The translations under genes were made by a program, and so were the position numbers. The notes under the pieces were generated by a model. That model saw nothing but the letters and a program-made list of their open reading frames with translations, was not told the DNA's origin and made no database searches. A DNA stretch of 24,000 bases from Flavobacteriales bacterium 34_180_T64 (GTDB lineage: Bacteria; Bacteroidota; Bacteroidia; Flavobacteriales; Flavobacteriaceae), in assembly GCA_002162765.1 (NCBI GenBank), contig MAAR01000012.1, forward strand, positions 155,199-179,198. The letters are read 5' to 3'. Shown in pieces: positions 16,920 to 24,000 of this stretch. Every line of letters starts with the position of its first letter. The stretch's first letter is position 1.

Positions 16920-18014
16920 ATGATTACGGCAAGACACAACTGGACCAAAGAAGAAATTTTAGAGATATACAATAAGCCATTGATGGAATTGCTTTATGAA
17001 GCGGCTACCATTCATCGTATGCATCATGATCCAAACACGGTTCAAGTATCAACACTACTATCAATAAAAACAGGAGGCTGTTCAGAAGATTGTGGATATT
17101 GTCCCCAAGCGGCACGCTATCATACAGATATTGAAGGCAGTGATTTAATGAGTGTTCAACACGTTAAAGCACAAGCATTACGCGCTAAAGAATCAGGAAG
17201 TTCTAGGGTGTGTATGGGAGCTGCATGGCGAAATGTTAAGGATGGGCAAGAATTTGATGATGTGTTAGAAATGGTGCGTACAATTAACAAACTCGATATG
17301 GAGGTTTGCTGTACACTAGGTATGATTACAGAAAATCAAGCACAGCGATTGGCTGAAGCTGGATTATATGCATACAACCATAATTTAGATTCTTCCGAAG
17401 AATATTATAAAGAAGTAATCTCAACGCGAGGATATAAAGATCGTTTGGATACCATTGATAATGTTCGAAAAACAAATGTAACTGTATGTTCAGGAGGAAT
17501 AATTGGAATGGGCGAAAAAATAGAAGACCGAGCAGGAATGCTTGTTGCTTTATCTACGCTTAATCCGCAACCTGAATCTACGCCTATAAATGCATTGGTT
17601 GCTGTGGAAGGGACTCCAATGGAGGATGAAAAACCAGTTGAAATTTGGGACATGATTAGAATGGTGGCAACAACGAGAATCGTGATGCCTGAAACACAAG
17701 TTAGATTAAGTGCTGGTAGAACTCAAATGAGTCGCGAAGGTCAAGCCATGTGTTTCTTTGCTGGAGCAAATTCAATTTTTGCAGGAGATAAATTACTTAC
17801 GACTCCAAATCCTGATGTTAATGAAGACATGAAAATGTTTGATTTATTAGGATTAAATCCTCAAAAACCATTTACTAAAAAAACCCAACCGCAAACTGTA
17901 GAGGCAGGAGATTCTCAATATGAAGCATTGGGAGAAAAACCAAAATGGACGCGTCCAGAACACACTATTGAACGTAATGAAGACGCGAAAGTAAAAGCGA
18001 AATTATTGAGATAA
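16920..18014 (+). CDS. bioB: Biotin synthase (radical SAM)
   Basis: 364 aa. CSEDCGYCPQ radical-SAM cluster motif and an overall BioB pattern (NHNLDSS, GGIIGMGE). Charged C-terminal extension of ~45 aa. Confidence 0.95.
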   Translation: MITARHNWTKEEILEIYNKPLMELLYEAATIHRMHHDPNTVQVSTLLSIKTGGCSEDCGYCPQAARYHTDIEGSDLMSVQHVKAQALRAKESGSSRVCMGAAWRNVKDGQEFDDVLEMVRTINKLDMEVCCTLGMITENQAQRLAEAGLYAYNHNLDSSEEYYKEVISTRGYKDRLDTIDNVRKTNVTVCSGGIIGMGEKIEDRAGMLVALSTLNPQPESTPINALVAVEGTPMEDEKPVEIWDMIRMVATTRIVMPETQVRLSAGRTQMSREGQAMCFFAGANSIFAGDKLLTTPNPDVNEDMKMFDLLGLNPQKPFTKKTQPQTVEAGDSQYEALGEKPKWTRPEHTIERNEDAKVKAKLLR

Positions 18015-18087
18015 GGTCGCTTACTTTTTAATCTAAATCATACTAAATAATAATTGGTAACGTTTTATTAACTTTGAAGCACTAAAA

Positions 18088-18948
18088 TTGGCTGCCTTGA
18101 AATTAAATCTTCAACAAATTCCTCGTGTTAAAACAATAACAAAAGAGGATTTCATAACGCACTATTTTAAACCACAAAAACCCGTGGTAATCGAACACTT
18201 CATTGAAGAATGGCCCGCATATGCTAAATGGAATCTTGATTACATCAAAGAAATAGCTGGTAATAAAATTGTGCCTTTATATGATGACAGACCTGTAGAT
18301 TATAATGATGGATTCAATGAACCACATGCTTCAATGAAAATGAAGGATTATATAGACCTTCTTCAAAATGAACCAACCAAATATCGGATCTTCCTTTGGA
18401 ATATTCTAAAAGAAATTCCTCAACTTCAAGAGGACTTTAAATTTCCTGATTTTGGTTTAAAGCTTATGAAAAGGATGCCTTTGTTGTTTTTTGGAGGCGA
18501 GGGTTCTCATACATTTATGCATTATGATATTGATTTAGCTAATATTTTTCACTTCCATTTTGAAGGTAAAAAACTATGCATATTATATGACCAAAAGCAG
18601 AATCCGTTTCTATATAAAATCCCCCATTCATTGATCACAAGAGAAGATATTGATTTTGCAGATCCAGATTTAGATAAATGGCCAGACCTTAAAAACGCTA
18701 CAGGATGGACTTCAGAATTATCCCATGGCGAAGTTTTATATATGCCTGAAGGGTATTGGCACTATATGAAATATTTAACTCCGGGATTTTCAATGAGTCT
18801 TCGAGCAATTGCCAGAAATCCAAAAAATCTAGTAAAAGCCATATATAATGTAATCATTATGCGAAATTTTGACAGCATCATGCGAAAACTTAAAGGTCAA
18901 AAATGGATTGATTGGAAAAACCAACAGGCTACTTCTAAATCAAATTAA
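18088..18948 (+). CDS. Cupin-like / JmjC-domain protein (putative Fe(II)/2-oxoglutarate-dependent oxygenase)
   Basis: 286 aa. HxD in GSHTFMHYDID, a distal His in EGYWHYMKY, and EGKKLCILY between them, in the JmjC/Cupin_8 order. Start is TTG 18088 or TTG 18097 (MKLNLQQIP). Confidence 0.7.
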   Translation: MAALKLNLQQIPRVKTITKEDFITHYFKPQKPVVIEHFIEEWPAYAKWNLDYIKEIAGNKIVPLYDDRPVDYNDGFNEPHASMKMKDYIDLLQNEPTKYRIFLWNILKEIPQLQEDFKFPDFGLKLMKRMPLLFFGGEGSHTFMHYDIDLANIFHFHFEGKKLCILYDQKQNPFLYKIPHSLITREDIDFADPDLDKWPDLKNATGWTSELSHGEVLYMPEGYWHYMKYLTPGFSMSLRAIARNPKNLVKAIYNVIIMRNFDSIMRKLKGQKWIDWKNQQATSKSN

Positions 18949-18988
18949 TGTTTTAATCAAAAAAAACTGATTCTCAAAAACTTAATAA

Positions 18989-18996
18989 TATATTTG
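18989..18996 (+). promoter_or_regulatory. Candidate -7 box (TAnnTTTG) for the OM beta-barrel gene
   Basis: TATATTTG, 20 nt upstream of the ATG at 19016. Confidence 0.35.
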
Positions 18997-19015
18997 CCAA
19001 CTTAAAATCAAAATC

Positions 19016-19507
19016 ATGAAAAATTTAACTGTTGTTCTTATGCTATTTTCTGTAGCATTTGTTAATGCTCAAGCTTATAAGGGCAAAGGAGATACTAAAT
19101 TTCAAATTGGAGTGAATTTTCAAAATGGCGCATCAGGAATAAATGCGAGTTATGATATTGGAGTTGGTGAAAACATATCATTTGGACTCTCTTCTACTTA
19201 TCTCTTAGGTGTTGATGATAAGCTCAACGCAAGTTTTGGTGATCGTTTTGATATAAAAGCCCGATTTAATGCAAATATTGGAAACGTTGTGAACATAGAT
19301 GACAATTTTGATATGTATCCTGGTTTGAATTTTAGTTTAAAGAACTTTGGTGGTCATTTAGGACTTAGATATTTTTTTACCACTGGTTTTGGTGTGTTCA
19401 CTGAAATGAATGCTCCAATTTCTAAATATAATTCTGGAGCACTTACTCCAGCCGAAAAATTACACAATCAATTCTCTGTAAATTTAGGCGCAATATTTAA
19501 TCTATAA
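19016..19507 (+). CDS. Small outer-membrane beta-barrel protein (DUF6646-like, by recollection)
   Basis: 163 aa. Signal peptide MKNLTVVLMLFSVAFVNAQA. Alternating-hydrophobicity strands and a C-terminal ...NLGAIFNL typical of OM barrels. Confidence 0.6.
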   Translation: MKNLTVVLMLFSVAFVNAQAYKGKGDTKFQIGVNFQNGASGINASYDIGVGENISFGLSSTYLLGVDDKLNASFGDRFDIKARFNANIGNVVNIDDNFDMYPGLNFSLKNFGGHLGLRYFFTTGFGVFTEMNAPISKYNSGALTPAEKLHNQFSVNLGAIFNL

Positions 19508-19518
19508 AGTAAATCTCT

Positions 19519-19542
19519 AAAAAAGGCCCCAATGGGGAAGCC
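19519..19542 (-). terminator. Putative terminator downstream of recX, in the convergent gap
   Basis: On the minus strand, AGGCTTCCCC-ATT-GGGGCC (imperfect, AA/TT bulge) is followed by TTTTTT (plus-strand A run 19519-19524). Confidence 0.45.
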
Positions 19543-19544
19543 TA

Positions 19545-20018
19545 TTATTTGATTAACGTATTTACTTTTTCATAGACCAGATGGCTTTCCCATCCCCTGT
19601 AAAGCAAATAATCCACTAGTTTTTTCTTTCTTTTGAACACATTGGATTCCTTAATTTGATGAAATCTCTTTAGGGCCAATTCGTCCAGAGAATTTATATA
19701 TTCGTCTTCAGGGATTTCCTTCATTGCTAACTTAATATTATACTCGGAGATGTCTCTATATTTTAATTCTCTCGTAATTCTAACGCGTCCCCATTTCTTA
19801 ATTTTAAATTTACCTTGTGTGAAAATTCTTGCGAAACGTGACTCGTTTAAATAATCCTGTCTAATCAATGAGACTACAATTAAATCGATAGCTTCAGGTA
19901 TCATTCGCATAGATTTAAGTTTTTGATGAACTTCTTTATGACAACGCTCCTGATAAGCACAATAAAATTCTAATTTTTTTTGTGCTTCATCGAAAGTATA
20001 TGTTTTTTGTGGAATCAA
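19545..20018 (-). CDS. recX: Regulatory protein RecX
   Basis: 157 aa. N-terminal A..K...YCAYQERCHKEV..KL pattern and helical-repeat organisation typical of Bacteroidota RecX. Start is a TTG (20016-20018) that is also the end of a TAnnTTTG match, so the start is uncertain. Confidence 0.7.
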   Translation of the reverse strand: MIPQKTYTFDEAQKKLEFYCAYQERCHKEVHQKLKSMRMIPEAIDLIVVSLIRQDYLNESRFARIFTQGKFKIKKWGRVRITRELKYRDISEYNIKLAMKEIPEDEYINSLDELALKRFHQIKESNVFKRKKKLVDYLLYRGWESHLVYEKVNTLIK

Positions 20019-20093
20019 AAGTAATTAGTAACAATTTGTTAATAAATTAGATGCTGCAACACCCTGATTTTTAATGAATTTAGACTATATTCG

Positions 20094-20101
20094 TATGTTT
20101 G
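20094..20101 (+). promoter_or_regulatory. Candidate -7 box (TAnnTTTG) for the giant surface-protein gene
   Basis: TATGTTTG, 28 nt upstream of the ATG at 20129. Confidence 0.4.
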
Positions 20102-20128
20102 CTTAATAGCAAAAATAAGTTTTTCCCG

Positions 20129-23100
20129 ATGATAAAAAAATATGCCCTCGTATTAATAGTTGTTTTATGTTTTGGTGTGTCTGGTTTTGGACAAACAACC
20201 ATATTTAATATTCCAGGTGGAGGTGCATATCCCAATGCTGGATGGAGTGATACCAATAATATAATTAGTGAACCAATAGACAAATCTAGTTATTTCATGA
20301 TTCAACCTGGAAATCCTGGCGATTTAATTGTAACATCTTCTTACGATTTAAGTGCTCACACTTCGGCAACATTAGACATTGATATTGGATCTTTTGGTTC
20401 AGGAACTCATAATAGTTTATTAGTAGAAGTTTCATTAAATGGTGGTTCTAATTACACTCAAAGTTATACTACTACTGCGACTACATCTTCAACAGAAACC
20501 CTTAGAACAGTGAATATAACTTCCGTTTCATCGAATATGGTTATTCGTTTTACAGTTAATAGCACAACTGGTAGAGGTATTAGAATGCAAAACATACACT
20601 TACAAGGTATTGGTTCAGCTTCTACAAATACTGAAGTGAATTTTTCATCTGCAACGTATTCTACTTCTGAAATTGGTGTTTCTATAAATCTATGTGTGGA
20701 TATAACGAATCCGAGCGGAAGTGTAGCAACTACTGCAAATGTGGTTTTAACATCTTCAAATATTCCGCATTTAACATCTCCAATTAGTCTACCCATAACA
20801 TTTCCTGCAGGAGTTTCTACTCAACAATGTGTGAGTATAGCAATTACAGATAATAGTACGTGTTCAGATGATACTAGTTATACTTTTAATCTACAAAGTA
20901 TTGGTGGTGGTACTTCTGCAATAGCAGGTTCTATAAGTTCTACCTCTTTAACAGTTAACGATAATGATGGCTCGGTTGGCGTATTTAGAACTTTATCTTT
21001 TGAAGGTGCCGATGATTGGACTTATACTGGTGGTGGAGCGACTAATTCTACATTTAATAAATATTTTGGCACTACATCATATAGACTAGGCAATTCTAAC
21101 AATTTAACCACAGCAAATGAAGACATATCAACATTTTCAAATGTAACTTTGATCGTGGCTTTTGCCTCTGTGGGTGCTGACTCAAATGAAGATTTATATT
21201 TGGACATTTCATATGATAATGGTGCTACGTGGAATGGAACAGGATCCGTTAAGCTTGTAGATGGTTACAGTAATGCAAATATTAATATGGGTAATACGAA
21301 TGGCTCTAACCCTACAACAGTAGGCACAAACCCTTGGGTAGTTAGCATTCCCGCTATTGAAACCCAAATAAGAGTAAGGCTTAGGGCTGTTAATTTAGAT
21401 GGTGGTGAATATTATTTTGTAGACGATATTATTTTAAGTGGCGATTCCTGTTTAACATCTCCTTTAATTACTTTATCTTCTAATTCACTAACTGGATTAG
21501 ATTATGTTGTAGGAGCTGGACCTTCGCCTGTGATACCTTCTAATAGTTTTGATATTACAGGTGCCAATTTAACAGCAGATATAATTCTAAACGGGCTTAC
21601 TGATTTTGAAATCTCAGCTAATATCGGTGGCCCGTATAGCACTTCATATACTATTCCGTTAGCAAGCGCAAATGGTACGAATACAATTTTTGTGCGATTA
21701 AGTAGCGCATTGGCGGTTAACACGTATAGCGAAACCGTAACGGTGAGTAGTACAAGTGCAACAAACAAAACAATAAGTTTAGATGGAGAAGTCATTCCAA
21801 CTTTAGCAGATGTGGTTATTACTGAAATTATGTATAATACTTTTGGAACTGACGATGATTGGATTGAAATCTGTAATGTTTCTGGATCTACCCAGTATCT
21901 AAATAATTATATAATTGATGTTGGAGGATCAAGTGTTTTTACTTTCCCTTCAAGTGTTACGCTATTAGACGGAGATTGTATTATTATTGATCTAGGAGAT
22001 GGTGGTGGTAGTGAATATAATGTTGATTGTCCGATTCTTCCAATTGATATCGACTACTCTAGTGGTTTAGGATCAGGAACTCTAAATAATACAACTGATA
22101 CCATCACATTGTATGCATCAAATGGATCTACTGTTTCAGATGTTGTTACTTATTCCAGTGCTGATGGTGGAAATACTACCTCTCTTCATGTCGTAAATAC
22201 GGCATTAGATAATTCAACTACAAGTACGAACTGGCAGGATGTCCCTGACGGAGGATCCGCAGGTACAAATTCTCTAACATCACCTTGCTCGCCAATTGAA
22301 CCCGATATCAATGTTGAAGGAAACATTGGAACCTTCCCAGATATAGCAGGAGATGGAAGTAATATTCCTGTAGGATTTAATAATACACTATTTGCTGCTA
22401 CTCCAATTGGTGGAGGGTCTCAAATGAAGTCATATAGAATTCAAAATACAGGTATTGTTGTATTAAACATAGCATCGATAACTTTGTCAGGAACAAATCC
22501 AGGTGACTTTAGTGTTTCTAGTGTGCCTGCAACTGTTAACCCAAGTGGAGTTGAAACATTTAATATTACCTTCACACCTACTGCAACTGGGCCTAGAACG
22601 GCTATTGTAACTATTGATTCTGATGATCCAGATGCTTGGGAAGATCCTTATGTATTTAATATAAAAGGTGAAGGGATCTGTGCGAGTTCAACCATTTCTG
22701 TTTCCAGTTTTGCGCCTTTAGAAGGTCCTGTGGGAACAGAAGTTACTATTACAGGTAATGGTTTTTCAGCTACTTCTACAGTTACTATAAACGGCACTAC
22801 AGCCACAGTGATTTCTGGATCGGCAACCGAACTTGTTGTAGAAATTCCTAGTATAACGAATTCAGGACCATTTGTAATTACAGAAGGTTCATGCTACACA
22901 ATATCTTCTTCAAATTACATATTGACAACAGATAATAGTGGTTGTGGTCTCACCGATTTAATTATGTCTGAAATATATGATCAAAATGGTGGAAGTTTAG
23001 GATACATAGAAGTTTATAATGGTACAGGAAATACTATAGACTTATCTATCTATTATATTAGACGCTATGGAGATGCAGGAGATTTTGTAGATGATAATTA

Positions 23101-24000
23101 TACAGATTACTATTTTACACCTTCTCAAGACTTAATTCTTGATGGAGAAGTATTATATGGTAAAATAAGTACAGATGCAGATACTGCTACTCCGGACTTT
23201 GATTATGCAAATGTCAGTGGATTTGCAGGTATCAATGGTGAAGATATTTTCCATTTATACAATGCCACAACACTGATTGATGTTTATATCGTTCCAAATA
23301 CAAATATTGGCTATACGGCAACACGAAATACAAATACTGCTGGACCAAATACAACGAGCACCCCATCAGATTGGACACACTCAACTACGGAAAGCACCAC
23401 AAACTTAGGTACGTTTAATTACGTATCTGCAATTGATAAACCAAATGTTGGTAATCCCGCAGATGTTTCTGGATGCGCTACAATGGCTCAGTTTGATGCC
23501 ACATCAACTGCTGGTGGAGGTGGTGCCTTATCTTACCAATGGTATTTCAATGAAGGAAATGCCTCAGATACGGATTGGGAAATTGTAACTCCTGGAGATT
23601 TCCCACTAGTTACTGTTACAGGAATTACGGGTCCTATCTTAACACTTACCGGTTCTTTTTATTCCTATGAAGGTTATCAATTTTATTGTTTGGTAACTGA
23701 AGATGGTGCCTGTGGATTGGCCTCTAATGCCGCTCAAATTAATTCTAATAGTACAACATGGACGAATACTGGTTGGAGTAATGGTGTCCCAACTTTAAAT
23801 TCGTTGGTAATAATAAATTTTGCCTATGATACTTCTGTTGGAACTAATAACGAAACCAGTTTCCAAGCCTGTAGTTTAACGGTCAATAATGGATTCACAT
23901 TAACTATTTCTAACAACACTTTTGTAGAAGTTGAAAATGACGTTACCGTAGATGGAGCAATTTTAGTGAGAACACAAGGTGCTTTTGTTCAAAATAATGA
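20129..24000 (+). CDS. Very large secreted multidomain surface protein (two lamin-tail domains, choice-of-anchor-D-like, IPT/TIG, Ig-like modules); 3' end beyond the window
   Basis: Not in the supplied track. I translated the frame starting at ATG 20129 by hand and found it open to nt 24000 (>1290 codons). In-frame TAG upstream at 20081-20083. Signal peptide MIKKYALVLIVVLCFGVSGFGQ. LTD-like ADVVITEIMYN...DDDWIEICNVSG (~21800-22280) and LTDLIMSEIYDQNGGSLGYIEVYNGTGNTIDL (~22950-23410). Choice-of-anchor-D-like EPDINVEGN...YRIQNTG...LSGTNPGDFSV...FNITFTPTATGPRTAIVTIDSDD (~22298-22675). IPT/TIG-like ISVSSFAPLEGPVGTEVTITGNGF (~22687-22890). Cys-bounded Ig-like module with YQWY (~23470-23740). The four minus-strand track ORFs in this region are antisense shadows. 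Confidence 0.88.
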   Translation, partial: MIKKYALVLIVVLCFGVSGFGQTTIFNIPGGGAYPNAGWSDTNNIISEPIDKSSYFMIQPGNPGDLIVTSSYDLSAHTSATLDIDIGSFGSGTHNSLLVEVSLNGGSNYTQSYTTTATTSSTETLRTVNITSVSSNMVIRFTVNSTTGRGIRMQNIHLQGIGSASTNTEVNFSSATYSTSEIGVSINLCVDITNPSGSVATTANVVLTSSNIPHLTSPISLPITFPAGVSTQQCVSIAITDNSTCSDDTSYTFNLQSIGGGTSAIAGSISSTSLTVNDNDGSVGVFRTLSFEGADDWTYTGGGATNSTFNKYFGTTSYRLGNSNNLTTANEDISTFSNVTLIVAFASVGADSNEDLYLDISYDNGATWNGTGSVKLVDGYSNANINMGNTNGSNPTTVGTNPWVVSIPAIETQIRVRLRAVNLDGGEYYFVDDIILSGDSCLTSPLITLSSNSLTGLDYVVGAGPSPVIPSNSFDITGANLTADIILNGLTDFEISANIGGPYSTSYTIPLASANGTNTIFVRLSSALAVNTYSETVTVSSTSATNKTISLDGEVIPTLADVVITEIMYNTFGTDDDWIEICNVSGSTQYLNNYIIDVGGSSVFTFPSSVTLLDGDCIIIDLGDGGGSEYNVDCPILPIDIDYSSGLGSGTLNNTTDTITLYASNGSTVSDVVTYSSADGGNTTSLHVVNTALDNSTTSTNWQDVPDGGSAGTNSLTSPCSPIEPDINVEGNIGTFPDIAGDGSNIPVGFNNTLFAATPIGGGSQMKSYRIQNTGIVVLNIASITLSGTNPGDFSVSSVPATVNPSGVETFNITFTPTATGPRTAIVTIDSDDPDAWEDPYVFNIKGEGICASSTISVSSFAPLEGPVGTEVTITGNGFSATSTVTINGTTATVISGSATELVVEIPSITNSGPFVITEGSCYTISSSNYILTTDNSGCGLTDLIMSEIYDQNGGSLGYIEVYNGTGNTIDLSIYYIRRYGDAGDFVDDNYTDYYFTPSQDLILDGEVLYGKISTDADTATPDFDYANVSGFAGINGEDIFHLYNATTLIDVYIVPNTNIGYTATRNTNTAGPNTTSTPSDWTHSTTESTTNLGTFNYVSAIDKPNVGNPADVSGCATMAQFDATSTAGGGGALSYQWYFNEGNASDTDWEIVTPGDFPLVTVTGITGPILTLTGSFYSYEGYQFYCLVTEDGACGLASNAAQINSNSTTWTNTGWSNGVPTLNSLVIINFAYDTSVGTNNETSFQACSLTVNNGFTLTISNNTFVEVENDVTVDGAILVRTQGAFVQNN

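Noticed and set aside
20080-21795. Four minus-strand track ORFs (20080..20283, 20464..20796, 21022..21207, 21502..21795)
   Set aside because: All four lie antisense to the long uninterrupted plus-strand frame starting at 20129. Their translations are low-complexity and hydrophobic with no motifs. They are shadow ORFs.

Overview
AT-rich chromosomal segment with Bacteroidota (Flavobacteriia-like) hallmarks: TAnnTTTG-type -7 boxes, a stand-alone atpDC pair, a CarboxypepD_reg-type TonB receptor and a giant LTD/Ig-type surface protein. Most of it is housekeeping. Gene order: 3' part of a DUF4270-like gene, glmS, a TonB-dependent receptor plus SGNH lipoprotein pair, atpD-atpC, a GNAT acetyltransferase (-), a two-part biotin locus, a small OM beta-barrel protein, recX (-), and a very large secreted multidomain ORF. 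The biotin locus reads: 2-TM protein A, bioF, DUF2007/Zn-ribbon gene, bioD, GIY-YIG cassette, bioA; then a minus-strand Coa1-like gene; then a KAS I/II-like gene, 2-TM protein B, bioB, JmjC-cupin. The large ORF (20129 to beyond 24000) is absent from the supplied ORF track because it has no stop in the window. Main second-look items: (1) a 31-nt hairpin repeat in three copies with fully compensatory stem changes, two copies bracketing the GIY-YIG gene between bioD and bioA and one lying in frame inside bioF; (2) several uncharacterised genes embedded in the biotin locus (a paralogous 2-TM pair, a Cys-His-His ketosynthase, a DUF2007/Zn-ribbon protein, a JmjC-cupin), with no recognisable pimelate-arm gene in the window; (3) the unlisted giant ORF. 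No rRNA, tRNA or CRISPR array was recognised. All family names come from reading motifs in the translations, not from database searches.
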